DNA from: Octopus bimaculoides
Lineage: Eukaryota
DNA length: 64,000 nt
Assembly: GCF_001194135.2 (NCBI RefSeq)
Contig: NC_068981.1
Coordinates: forward strand, 2,312,437 to 2,376,436
Reading direction: 5' to 3'
Position 1 is the first letter of the stretch, and every line of letters begins with the position of its first letter. The translations under genes were made by a program, and so were the position numbers. The notes under the pieces were generated by a model. The model ran no database searches. It was not told the DNA's origin and saw only the letters and a program-made list of their open reading frames with translations. Shown here piece after piece: positions 43,302 to 55,701 of the stretch.

Positions 43302-43808
43302 ACATTATTTACATTTGGTGGATATTTGTCCTCATCTTATTTGTTGTTAACACAACGTTTCAGTTGATATACCCTCCAGCCTTCATCAGGTGTCTTGGGG
43401 AAATTTCAAACCTGGGTTCTCATTCCTAAGGTATTTTTCGATGTTGTTGTTATTATTATTATTATTATCATTATCATTCATGTCACTACCTGGAATCGAA
43501 CTCGAAATCTTGGGGTTAGTAGCTCATGCTCTTAACCACTATAGGCATATGTTGTAGTGGTTAAGAGCGCGGGCTACTAACCCCAAGATTCCGAGTTCGA
43601 TTCCAGACAGTGAACTGAATAATAATGATAATAACATCAAAAAATACCTTAGGAATGAGAACCCTGGTTTGAAATTTCCCCAAGACACCCGATGAAGGCT
43701 GGAGAGTATATCAGCCGAAACATTGTGTTAACAACAAACAAGATGAGGACAAATATCTGTCAAATGTAAACAATGTAAATAATTCCTCGTATCTTAAATA
43801 TAGAACTA
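43302..43808. mobile_element. Same element, near-complete head-to-head pair in a (TA)n tract
   Basis: Two ~250-bp inverted arms; tail on the right arm only; B-box GAGTTCGATTCC at 43593-43604. Confidence 0.87.
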
Positions 43809-44234
43809 TATATATAAATCTAAGGTATTTATCCAGGCTCTCTTTCCTCCCTGCTTCATTGTCCATGTTCTTTCTTTTACTTACCTTCATGTACCTTCAA
43901 AGTACACACTGACACCTCATCACCAACATCTTTATCTTCTCACCAGCTATGCCACCCACCCTTATATAATACAGGATACAAGACAGCTGTGCATGTCTCC
44001 CTACCGTTTGGCATAAGCCCCTCTCCATCTCTTTCAGGTACTCTCAGTCAAGGGAGCTTTTCCTTTCCTTCTAAATTAATCAGTAACCTCACTCTGGAAA
44101 CTGGTTGGCATTAGGAAGGGCATCCAACTGTAGAAACCATGTCAAAGCTGACATTAGAGCATGACACAGTCTTGTGGTTTGTTGGATCCTGTCAACCCAT
44201 CAAAACCATGGCAGCATGGAAAACAGACATTAAA

Positions 44235-44510
44235 TGATTATGTGGTGGTACGGACATATGTTGAGAAGGGATGAGGAACATGTTCTGAAGAGGATGGTTG
44301 AGTTTGAGGTAAATGGACCAAGAAAGCGAGGTAGACCAAAGAGAATGTGGAGGAGGAGATTGGGAGGGTTGACTTGAGAAGAGAGGATGCCCAAAACTGG
44401 GCAAGATGGCGTGAGGGCGGTTGCTATGGCACTGAGGTAGATCCAGTCACCCCCGTTAATGGGGACAAAACCCGAATTTAAAACACAAGATGATGATGAT
44501 GATGACGATG
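44235..44510 (+). mobile_element. RTE LINE 3' end with (GAT)n tail
   Basis: WYGHMLRRDEEHVLKRMVEFEVNGPRKRGRPKRMW followed by a short UTR and (GAT)n. Confidence 0.8.
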
Positions 44511-46111
44511 ATGATACACATAAGGCTCACACCCAGCAGAGCATGCTCATTTCCTGTCTTTCCTGCTTTCATTCAGTCTCTGCAACCCTTAAATTTCATA
44601 ATCATCAAGTCCCACATTTCTTACACAAGCATTATGCTACCTGTCCACATTACATTCCATGAGGAAATCCCCTTACAAATAGAGTTATCCGTTCCTTGTG
44701 CTTTTTCCACCCTGTTCTTACTCTGGAACTTTACCCATCTCTTCTACAGTTCAGTTCTCCAAGGCAACAGAAGCCAGACACTACTTCTATGGCACCTTTC
44801 AAGTATTTTAAAGAATTTATTTAATGAGAGCTCCCACTGTAAAGATTATTTGCCAACATAACATGGCAGTCCTGGTTTAGGACGAATGTTGCTGTAATTT
44901 AGCCCCAGGAGACATCGTCTCCAGCTGGCTATACAACACGATCTGTGTCCTTATATCTTCGAACAAGGGAATCTCTCATTGTGAGATTTACAAATGGTAA
45001 TTTTCTAAGAGCTCCCACTGTTACCTCCTCCTGTGCATCTGCAACATACAAATTCCTTTTCTCTCAGCCTGCATCTCTAGTGCATGCTTGGTATACATCA
45101 TCATCGTTTAACGTCTGCTTTCCATGCTAGCATGGGTTGGACGATTTGACTGAGGACTGGTGAACCAGAAGACTACACCAGGCTCCAATCTGATTTGGCA
45201 GAGTTTCTACAGCTGGATGCCATTCCTAACGCCAACCACTCCGAGAGTGTAGTGGGTGCTTTTATGTGCCACCGGCAAGAAGGCCAGTCAGGCGGTACTG
45301 GCAATATATACATTTGGTAAAAAGTAAAGAACACAAACCAACTCCTTTTATTTATATCTTGCATAGCCACTGACAAGATAGCAGATGAAACCATTATCAT
45401 CAATGCATAAACCTTTCTATTTTTTGCTCTAATGCTGTCCATGTCTGCTACACAACACATGAGGGGGTGCTGAAAAGTTCCTGGCTTTAAGGGTATTGTC
45501 AAAGGCCTGGCTGGAGACCCAACCTTCTGAGTTCTTTTACAGGGCTTAGAAAAACTTAAGGACCGCTGCAAAAAGGGCGTGAATCAGATGTCTCCAGGAG
45601 TTTGGAGACATCTGATCCTCTGAACACCTGATGAGATGGACATGACCTATGTCCATGAAAACTTTAAGTGATATGGATCTGAGTCAAACTGTTATAATAT
45701 ACATGTACACATATTCACCAGCCTCCTTGACCTCGATGCCAGCCTCCCCACCCCAACTGGCTCCTATGCTGGTAGCACATAAAAAGCACCCACCACGCTC
45801 TTGGAGTGGTTGACGTTAGGAAGGGAATCCAGCTGTAGAAACACTACCAGATCAGATTGGAGCCTGGTCCCCAGTCAAACCGTCCAACCCATGCCAGCCT
45901 GGAAAACGGACGTTAAATGATGATGATGATGATCACACACACACACACACACAAATAAAATTCAGGGACAAGCATGTCTGTGTGAGAAGCTTGCTTCCAA
46001 ACCATTTGGTTCTGGTTCAGTCCCACTGTGTGGCACTTTGAGTAAGTGTCTGATACTATTACCTCAGGCCAACCAAAACCTTGTGAGTGGATTTGACAAA
46101 CAAAAACCATC

Positions 46112-46142
<31 letters not shown>

Positions 46143-49072
46143 ACCACTGCTTGACAACTGCTGTTTGTGTGTTTATGTCCAGGTAACTTAGTGGTTCGGT
46201 AAAGAGACTGATAGAATAAGTAGCAGGCTTTAAAAAATAAAATACTGGTGTTGATTCATTCAACTAAAATTCCTCAAAGCAATGCCCCAGCATGGTCACA
46301 GCCTAATGATTGAAACAAGTAAAAAACCAAAAAAAAACAAAAGAACCTCACATACATTCAATTAGTAGTTCCCTCACACTCGCACTTGCTCTCACTGTTC
46401 CATCTTGTTGACTACATATTCATGTTGGAGCAGCACCACCATAGAGAGAAAACATCTGTTGTAATAACTTTAGAGATTTCTGATAGGACTTTTATAAAAA
46501 TCAAGGATCCCCCACCCCACCACACGCATACCCAATGCATTTTCTTTAACTACTTTATCAGGACTGTCAAGATTAGCATTGGCTTCAACAGCTAAGCTTG
46601 TCCCTAGTTTCCAGGTGGTTTGTAACTGGACATTCTAATCTGTATCACTTATGATAATTCATCATCATTATCATTTAACGTCTGCTTTCCATGCTGGCAT
46701 GGGTTGGACGGTTTGACTGAGGTCTGGAAAGCCAGGAGGCTGCACCAGGCTCCATTCTGGTTTGGCACAGCTGGATGTCCTTCCTAACGCCAACCACTCT
46801 GAGCGTGTAGTGGGTGCTTTTTACCTGCCACTGGCACAGGAGCCAGTCAGGCGGGCCTGGCATTAATCACGTTTGGATGGTGCTTTTTACCTGCCACCAG
46901 CAGAAGAGCCAATCAGGAGCTACTGGCATTGGCCATGTTCAGTTGGTGCTTTTTATATAACACTGGCACGGTAGCCAGTCAGGCAGAACTGGCATCAACC
47001 ACATTCAGATGGTGCTTTCTATGTGCTACCAGCAGGGAAGCCAGTCAGGGGGTACTGGTCACAGCTACGCTATTGGTTTCTCTATGGTAATCCAGTTTAT
47101 GGTCTTGGTAATATGTAAAGCTAGAGAGATAGATCTATCACTGTAACATCTGCTCTGCTTCTGTTATGGACAAGACAAATAGCCAAGTACAAAATACATA
47201 TATCTGAAAATTACTATTTGTAAATCTCACAAGAGATATTCAGTAATAGTACTTTGGATTAAAAATTAGAAATATTTCTTTTTCTGAAAAAAGTAGCCAA
47301 ACAGAGAGTATTTTCTACTTGCTACTATTGTTGACTGTGATCAGCAAGAGTAGCAAAAAGAAGATTAAAGATGGTAATTAGGTTTTTATATCATTGTTAT
47401 GAAATCTGAGTTCAGGTTAAATGTTAAGTTTGGCTAAGTAAGCCACGTAATCAGAAAAGAAAAGAGTTCAATGTTCATGAATGACGAGTGGTAGATGACT
47501 AGATGAAGTCGACATTCCTCTGCTGGAATGTTGTAAAAGAATGTTCAGTTAGCTGAAGTGTACATCAAGAATAGCTTTAAGTGTATGGACGTCCCTACAA
47601 CTGAGTCTGTACAAATGTGTTGTTTCTAATCTCTATGCAAGTGAATCTGTAAAGTGTATTTCCCATATAAGTGAGTCTGAACAGAGTGTGCATATGTGAG
47701 TTTGAATCAATGGTGTGTATGCATCTATGAGTATTCATAAATGTAAGATATGGTATCTTAGCAGATATGTACTTTCATTAAGAAAGCAAACTGGAAAATG
47801 AAAAAGTCAATATAAGGAAAGCTTTGTTCATTGACATCATCATCTAACATTCGTTTTCCATGCTGGCATGGGTTTGACAGGAGCTGACCAGTTGAAGGGC
47901 TGTTCAGGTTCCATATCTGTTTTGGCATGATTTCTATGGCTGGATGCCCTTCCTAAAGCCAACCACTTTACAGAGTGATGAAAATTCATTTCACCTGACT
48001 AATAAAATGGTATACAAATCAAATTATGATGCAACATTATCACAAAATCTTCACCCAAACATAAACTGTTTACTATAACCATTTTGGGGGATTTTTCAGA
48101 GGCAGTTTACAAGTGTCATCAAAGTTGAAATCAGTTTTTTTTAAGGTTAACTATCAGTAAACCATGAAGGCTTGTTGCCGGCTCCAAGTTCATTTTATTT
48201 ATAGCAGGGATTACATCTTTTACACTAATGGCCACCACTACTCAATAAACAGCTGAAGGGTTCAAGCACCCTGTTGATTTATCTATTTGCATGTGTACCA
48301 GTGAGGTTGAGATATTCTTTTCTACTCTAGGCAGAAGGCCTGAAATTTTGGGGGAGGGGGCCAGTTGATTAGATCAACCCCAGTATGCAATTGGTACTTA
48401 ATTTATCGACCCTCAAACGATGAAAGGCAAAGTTGACTTTGGTGAAATTTGAACTCAGAACGTAAAGACAGACAAAATACCACTAAGCATTTTGCCCAGC
48501 ATGATAACATTTCTGCCAGCTCGCTGCCTTAGGTCAAGATATTGCATTCAATACGTTACTACACACTTGAGTGTCTAATGTGAACAAAGTGCTTTTTTTT
48601 TCAACCAATGGCTTGTTTATTTTGCAGTAAAGCAGTTTGGCATGAAAATCTGCAGAAGTCATTTAAATTGTATTTTGTTTCTCCCAACCTCAATATTTTT
48701 TACTATTCTGTTTTTTTAATGGGGATATTATATTTCATTTAAAATTCCAAAATAAGACATTCTTAACTGGGTTTTGCACTGTTAGAGGCTGTTTGCTCAT
48801 TTAAGTGATTTGAAACCATTGTTCTTCATTTCAAGAAAATTTTTATGTTTTGTGGGAATCATATTTACAAATACACTTTACATTACTTATAGAAACTGAT
48901 TCAGATTCATACCAGTGCTTTGAGAGAATTCTGAGCCATTTTAGTTTGGAGATTTCTTTCTTAATTTCTACTGAGCTTTGTAGAAATTCAAACTGAACAA
49001 AGAGAGCTTCTTATAATAAGGTGCTGAGCTACCGTTATTTGAATTAATTATTGTTAATTTTACAATATTGTG

Positions 49073-49375
49073 GAGGCACATGGCCAAGTGATTAGAGCAG
49101 CAGGCTTGCGGTCGAGGGATAGTGGGTTTGAATTGTAGACCGGGCGATGTGTGTGTTTATGAGCGAAACACCCAAGCACCATGCAGCTCTGGCAGAAGGT
49201 CATGGTGAACTTCTGCTGACTCTTTTGCCACAACTTTCTCTCACTCTTTCCTCCTGCATCTAGCAGTTAACCTGTGATGGACCAGTGTCCCGTCCAGGTA
49301 GGGAACCAATAGGCCAATGAAACTGGGAAACCGGCCCTTATGAGCCAGCCATGGCTTGAGAAGGAACAAACACCA
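49073..49375 (+). mobile_element. tRNA-derived SINE with V-SINE-like central motif; 3' half inverted at ~2155-2342
   Basis: tRNA-like head then CCTGTGATGGACCAGTGTCCCGTCCAGG, which from memory resembles the V-domain. Confidence 0.6.
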
Positions 49376-51162
49376 ACAGTTCTACATTATTAGGGTCAGA
49401 GAAATTTGTAGAAGAACATAGAACTAATCTGACTTCACGTTGTAGATAATTTCTACATTATTCATGAAGCAGATATCCAGAGTGTGCCAACTCTCGCTGG
49501 GCAGTAGATCATTTTTTTCTAAAAACAGCATGAGGTCAAACAGAAATCTTGCTTGTCTTTGATCTCATGCTGTGTCATTCCTCGGAGAATGTGACACTCT
49601 GGTTAGTTAACATTCAGAAGAATGACATACCTGAAAGAAAATCAATGGTAAGTTGATTCACTTTGATTAATACATTTTCCTAGTGTCATTCCAAATCTCT
49701 TCTCCTCAATTGTTGCACCATGATTCTAAGCATTTATATAGTGGGTGTATATGCTGTGTATATCATCAGTATGCAGCATCATAAACTGGATGTTACGGTT
49801 ACATTCTCATTATTCTACATAGCAATTCCACCACAACCACTTTCTTTCCAGTCGCATCTATTTCTGCCTCTGATGTTTATCAATAGAGGTAATTCTCCAA
49901 GTTCTATGCAAATATCTTGAATATGTTGCAAGGCTTTTCAGACAGAGAATTCTACTAAAGCCAGACAATAGGTGCATGTGTACTTCCCAACCAAATGGTT
50001 CTAGGTTCATTCCCACTGCGTGGCACCTTGGGCAAGAGTCTTCTACTATAGCCTCGGGCTGACCAAAGCCTTGTGAGTGGATTTGGTAGATAGGAAAGAA
50101 GCCTGTCATCATATATATCGTTGTATNNNNNNNNNNNNNNNNNNNNNNNNNNNNNNNNNNNNNNNNNNNNNNNNNNNNNNNNNNNNNNNNNNNNNNNNNN
50201 NNNNNNNNNNNNNNNNNNNNNNNNNNNNNNNNNNNNNNNNNNNNNNNNNATATATTCTTTTACTTGCTTCAGTCATTTGACTGTGGCCATGCTGGAGCAC
50301 CACTTTTAGTCAAACAAATTGACTCCAGGACTTATTCTTTGTAAGCCCAATACTTATTTTATAGGTCCTTTTGGCTGAACTGCTAAGTTATGGGGATATA
50401 AACACATCAACATCGGTTGTCAAGCAATGTTGGGGGGGACAAACACAGACATACACACACACACACATAAGTATTTATTTATGTGTGCGTGTGAGTGTGT
50501 CTGTTTGTACCCTCACCATTGCTTGACAATCGATGCTGGTGTGTCCATGTCCCCATAACCTAGTGGTTCGGCAAAAGAGACCGAAGCTTACAAAGAATAA
50601 GTCCTGGTGGTCGATTTCTTCGATTAGAACCCTTCAAGGTGGTGCTCCAGCATGGCCGCAGTCAAATGACTTAAAAGAGTAATAAGAGTCATAGTAAAAC
50701 TGATGTGACATTCAGGTAGGTGGTTCCAGGTGGCTGTGTCAGGTCTATTATTTCAACTGGCCACCTGCACTGTTCTCACAGCCACTGCTACAGAAAGGCT
50801 ATTCTCAGTGACAAGTTTTTAAAACAGCTTTTTGTTGCTGCACCTTGTCCTACTTCTGTGTATTACCTTCTAATGGTAACAAATGGTATGTACTGAATCC
50901 CCCCACAAGTCGGTGCATGTGCACTTGTGAAGAATATTTGCTAAGCTTGAAATTCCTGAAGAGTGCCTTTCTCCAGATTGTGTTTTTTTTTTGAATACAC
51001 CCATGCTGGTGGCACACAATAAGCACCATTCATGCATGGGTCGTTGCCAGTGCCCCTGACTGGCTCCCCGTGTGCCACCTTGGACAAGTGTCTCCTACTA
51101 TATCCTTGGACCGACCAAAGACTTGTGAGTGGATTTGGTAGACAGAAACTGAAAAGAAACCT

Positions 51163-51658
51163 ACAGTTCTATATTTAAGAGATGAGGAATTATTTACATT
51201 GTTTACATTTGACAGATATTTGTCCTCATCTTGTTTGTTGTTAACACAACGTTTCGGCTGATATACCCTCCAGCCTTCATCAGGTGTCTTGGGGAAATTA
51301 TCAAACCTGGCTTCTCATTCCTAAGGTATTTTTCAATGTTATTAATATTATTATTGTTCAGGTCACTGCTTGGAATCGAACTTGGAATCTTGGGGTTAGT
51401 AGCCCGTGCTCTTAACTACTACGCCATATGCCCGTGGGCATAAGGCGTAGTGGTTAAGAGTTTGATTCCAAGCAGTGACCTGAACAATAACAACAATAAT
51501 GATAATAATAATAATAATAACATAAAAAAATACCTTAGGAATGAGAACCCAGGTTTGAAATTTCCCCAAGACACCTGATGAAGGCTGGAGGGTATATCAG
51601 CCGAAACGTGTTAACAACAAACAAGATGAGGACAAACATCCATCGAATGTAAATAATG
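51163..51658. mobile_element. tRNA-head + hammerhead SINE-like element, head-to-head pair with 13-bp TSD
   Basis: Inverted arms meet at TATGCCC-GT-GGGCATA. TSD TGAAAAGAAACCT at 51150-51162 and 51659-51671. The 33-bp tail (51163-51195) is on the left arm only. Confidence 0.88.
51243..51288 (-). ncRNA. Minimal type I hammerhead ribozyme motif (intact copy)
   Basis: Identical 46-nt motif to 40589-40634. Confidence 0.72.
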
Positions 51659-51746
51659 TGAAAAGAAACCTGTCGTATATATGTATATATCTATGTGTGT
51701 GCGTCTTTATGTTTGTCCCCAGCCCAACTTGACAACCAGAGTCGGT

Positions 51747-51992
51747 ACAGTTCTATATTTAAGAGATGAGGAATTATTTACATTATTTACTTTTGACGGA
51801 TATTTGTCCTCATCTTGTTTGTTGTTAATAAGTTTCGGCTTTCATCAGGTGTCTTGGGGAAATTTCGAACCTGGGTTCTCATTCCTAAGGTATTTTTTGA
51901 TATATTATTATTATTGAAGTCACTGCCTGGAATCGAACTCAGAATCTTGGGGTTAGTAGCCCGTGCTCTTAGCTGCTAAGCCATATGCTCGT
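51747..51992 (-). mobile_element. Same element, solo copy with internal deletion in the ribozyme
   Basis: Tail CAGTTCTATATTTAAGAGATGAGG at the low end, tRNA-like head at the high end. Confidence 0.8.
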
Positions 51993-53391
51993 GCTGGTGT
52001 GTTTATATCCCCGTAACTTAATAGTTCAGCAAAAAGAAACCAATAGAATAAGTACTAGACTTGAAAAAAATAAGTCCCAAGATTTATTTTTTCAATTAAA
52101 AGGCTTCAAGACAGTGCCCCAGCATGGCCACAGTCAAATGACTGAAACAAGTAAAATATAATATATAAACAAATAAAATATCATATACATATATTATGGC
52201 TGATGCCAGTGCCGCCTGACTGGCACTCATGCCAGACACAGGTAAAAAGCACCATTCGAGCGCAGCTGATGCCGGTGCCGCCTAACTGGCTCCCGTGTAG
52301 GTGGCATGTATAAAGCACCCACTACACTCTCGGAGTGGTTGGTATTAGGAAGGGCATCCAGCTGTAGAAACCTTGCTAGATTAGATTGAAGCCTGGTGTA
52401 GTCTTCTGGTTCACCAGTCCTCAGTCAAATCGTCTAACCCATGCTAGCATGGAAAGCAGACGTTAAACGATGATGATGATGATATTTTTTGTTCCTATAT
52501 CTAAAAATGGATTTACTGATTTGCCTGAAATCTTATGTAAACTTTGTCGAATACACAAGCAGAGAACAGAAATATTTGCTTGTGTTTTAGTTTGTTAAAT
52601 TTTTGTCTGTGTTGCTTGCAATGAATATAGCTACCACATACCTGTTGTGGCTGTGTGTTTTGGTAAGACATTATTTCCTACACAACCTTTACATTATCAT
52701 CCACATAAGCAGCACTACAAAAAGAAATTAATAATACAAAACAGATGCTTGTTAACTGCAGAGGTTGAAGTAGTTTAGAAAACTAAACTCTACAGGAAGA
52801 TAGAAATAAGGATATTAATAGTAAAATATAATGAAAATTCAAAACCAAGATTCAGCACTTTAGAAACTAACACCAAACATTGGTCAAACCATTTCTTTAT
52901 TGTTCTGCCAATAAGAATGGGAGACCAAGTTTTAGTTCCTCTTTGAGGAGGGACTTTGCTTTCTGATGGTGGTGCCTTGGCTATCTACAAACAGGGAACA
53001 AATAAAAATTTTTAAAAAAACATCAAATGGAATGTGAAACGTATATAGCAGCATTCTCAAGATTCATGCTTTCAGTAAAAATGCCATTAGCAACAGCCAT
53101 TACAATAATTTCATCCAGAAGATTGGAAAATTCTTGAAACACTGATAAACTATACAAATGTAGTATCCTGAAGAAAATAAAGAACTCAATAAGGAAACTT
53201 GGGAGTGTCTGTCTCAAGGCTTCAGTCAGACTGGGCGGTTAAGAAGTTTGTTTTCCAACCACATGGTTATGGGTTCAGTCCCACTACATGGAACTTTGGT
53301 CATGTGTCTTCTGCTACAGCCCTGGGCCAATCAAAGCCTTGTAAGTGGAGTTGGTAGAGGAAAACTGAAAAATGCCTGCCATATATATATA

Positions 53392-53618
53392 TTGGGTTGG
53401 TGCATAATTATTGCGGCTTTTTTTCAACAAATTTTATTCAACAAAAACATCTTTAAATGACGGTCTGACCGTCTGCCAAGCAAATGGGAAGCAGTAATTG
53501 AAGTGGATGGTGAATATGCTACGGAAAAATCATTTAAAGTTGTTTTTGTTACATGTTGTTATTGTTTTTGTTGAATAAAATTTGTTGAAAAAAACTGCAA
53601 TAATTATGCACCAACCTA

Positions 53619-53619
<1 letters not shown>
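53392..53619 (+). mobile_element. Internally deleted mariner MITE, TA TSD
   Basis: TIR TTGGGTTGGTGCATAATTATTGC / GCAATAATTATGCACCAACCTAA. Interior encodes RLPSKWEAVIEVDGEY. Confidence 0.88.
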
Positions 53620-53650
<31 letters not shown>

Positions 53651-53737
53651 AGTAGAGTTAGTGGTTGGAATAACCGCCTAAGGGATAAGAATATCTGTTC
53701 TTACTACCGGTATTATTTACCTATATGAGTAATGGAC

Positions 53738-54035
53738 TTTCGAGTGAGATCGTTGCCAGTGCCCCTGGACTGGCTCTTGTGCGGGTGGCACATAAAATAC
53801 ACCATTTGAGCATGGCTGTTGCCAGTACCGCCTGACTGGTCTTCGTGCGGGTCGCATGTAAAAGCACCCACTACACTCTCAGAGTGGTTGGCGTTAGGAA
53901 GGGCATCCAGCTGTAGAAATTATGCCAAATCAGATTGGAGCCTTGTGTAGCCATCTGGTTTCACCAGTCCTCAGTCAAATCGTCCAACCCATGCTAGCAT
54001 GGAAAGCAGACGTTAAACGATGATGATGATGATGA
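53738..54035 (+). mobile_element. SINE-like family A with 5' tandem units and (GAT)n tail; >25 copies or fragments (e.g. 77-212, 12195-12500, 20220-20680, 21225-21512, 31495-31773, 35509-35870, 42438-42735, 45095-45305, 46660-47070, 52195-52482, 56615-56845)
   Basis: Core GAGTGGTTGGCGTTAGGAAGGGCATCCAGCTGTAGAAAC and tail CCAACCCATGCTAGCATGGAAAGCRGACGTTAAAC(GAT)n, preceded by 0-6 units of ~62-70 bp. Confidence 0.88.
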
Positions 54036-54510
54036 TTAACCCTGGGCATGGGTATGTAAGCACACTATGCTCATAATAACAGAATAAACAAGAGCTTATC
54101 CAGAATCAAATTTTAAATGAGCAGAAAATGGAGAAAACCTTTGATCAACAAACAAATTGACCAACATCGGTTAATTATTTTTAAAAAAAGTTTTGTATTA
54201 AAAAACAACCAATGGTGGTCAATTTGTTTGTTGGTCATAAGTTTCCTCCACTTTTTGCTTATTTAAAATTTTATATATATATGTGTGTGTGTGTGTATGT
54301 GAGAAAAAATAAGTTCAAGTAGAACAAATCAACTGGGGGGGGGGGGGAAAGATATATTTCTAATAAATATTCTTCATATCAAAATGATAGCTTGCTATAG
54401 TAAGTACTTAAAATATGAAAATAACAAGTAAAAAGTTTGTTATAGGTATGTATAAATAAGATAAAATATATGTATATATATATACACACATATTCATATA
54501 TGTGTATATA

Positions 54511-54880
54511 TACTCTTTTACTTGTTTCAGTCATTTGACTGTGGCCATGCTGGAGCACCGCCTTTAGTCGAGCAAATTGACCCCAGGACTTATTCTTTGT
54601 AAGCCTAGTACTTATTCTATTGGTCACTTTTTGCTGAACCGCTAAGTTACAGGCACGTAAACACACCAACATCGGTTGTCAAGCAATGCTGGGGGGGACA
54701 AACACAGACACATACATATATATGACAGGCTTCTTTCAATATTTGTCTACCAAATCCACTCACAAGGCTTTGGTCGGCTCGAGGCTATAGTAGAAGACAC
54801 TTGCCCAAGGTGCCACACAGTGGGACTGAACCCGGAACCATGTGGTTGGTAAGCAAGCTACTTACAACACAGCCACTCCT
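54511..54880 (-). mobile_element. tRNA-derived SINE family B; other copies ~3085-3205, 13000-13140, 33230-33560, 38420-38815, 45975-46320, 49960-50690, 51070-52160, 63190-63365
   Basis: Head GGCTGTGTGGTAAG...GGGTTCAGTCCC, CCTTGGGCAAG core, internal (TG)n, tail GCTCCAGCATGGCCACAGTCAAATGACTGAAACAAGTAAAAGA. Confidence 0.87.
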
Positions 54881-55381
54881 GCTCCTATATATATATGAAT
54901 GTATATGTGTGCACATGTCTCCTTGTTTTGATATGATGCGATTGTGAGTGGGCATCACTATTATAAAAGCAGTGTTGCTCATTTCTATTCTTCTGCAAAA
55001 TACATGTCTGGCCACCGAGAAACATTACTCTCGCTGGGAAAGGAGTGACGGATGGCAACAGCAAAGGCATCCAATGGTAGAAAATCTGCTCCAACAACTC
55101 TCGTTCAACCAATGTGTGCCTGCAAAATGGGCTCATGAACTACGCAGCAGATTTTACCAAAATATCAGAGGCAAAGTGTCACGATGGTATGAATAGCACA
55201 CAAAGAGTCCCTATGATATATACAGGTAGGATGAAGAATTCAACACACAATTCAGTGGGAGAAAATTTCAAGCATTCCACTCTAATTCTTCTAATATAGT
55301 GCAGACTGGATACAGAGGATCAGGAGAGATTGAAATCCTGGAATCAGAATTAGTACATACCGTATTTTAATGTGTATAAGG

Positions 55382-55701
55382 AACCCCCTAATTTTCTGGA
55401 CTTAAAATTTGGAAAAAAGGAATTTGTAAGGGATTATAATACTATCCATAAGGGTTCCTTATACACATTAAAATATGGTCTTTCCAATTTTGGCACAATG
55501 CCATCAATTCTGAAAGAAGTGGGGAAGTTAATTACACTGAACCCCCTAATTTTCTGGGCTTAAAATTTGGAAAAAAGGAATTTGTAAGGGATTATAATAC
55601 TATCCATAAGGGTTCCTTATACATGTTAAAATATGGTAAGTCTTTCCAATTCTGGCACAATGCCAGCAATTCTGAAAGAAGTGGGGAAGTTAATTACACT
55701 G
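55382..55701 (+). repeat. Direct tandem duplication of ~160 bp
   Basis: 55382-55539 recurs at 55540-55701 with few differences, spanning a MITE end and a SINE-C tail. Confidence 0.85.

Noticed and set aside
43544-43616. tRNA gene
   Set aside because: A and B boxes are present, but the acceptor and anticodon stems do not pair properly and the sequence always continues into the repeat body; it is a SINE head.
43861-43900. Strong minus-strand donor AAG|GTAAGT
   Set aside because: Lies in a dispersed repeat also seen near 14560, with no plausible open exon.
47090-47800. Repeat-free stretch with a minus-strand acceptor near 47790
   Set aside because: All three frames are closed by stops; no supportable feature.
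51163-51175. Tc1-type MITE reading of the palindromic element (TA-CAGT end)
   Set aside because: Arms have unequal ends and 12-14-bp TSDs rather than a TA duplication.
52790-53217. Possible SPG7 5' exons (IAKAPPSESKVPPQRG...; LSVFQEFSNLLDEII...)
   Set aside because: Good acceptor near 52986, but no convincing donor before a stop and no recognisable homology.
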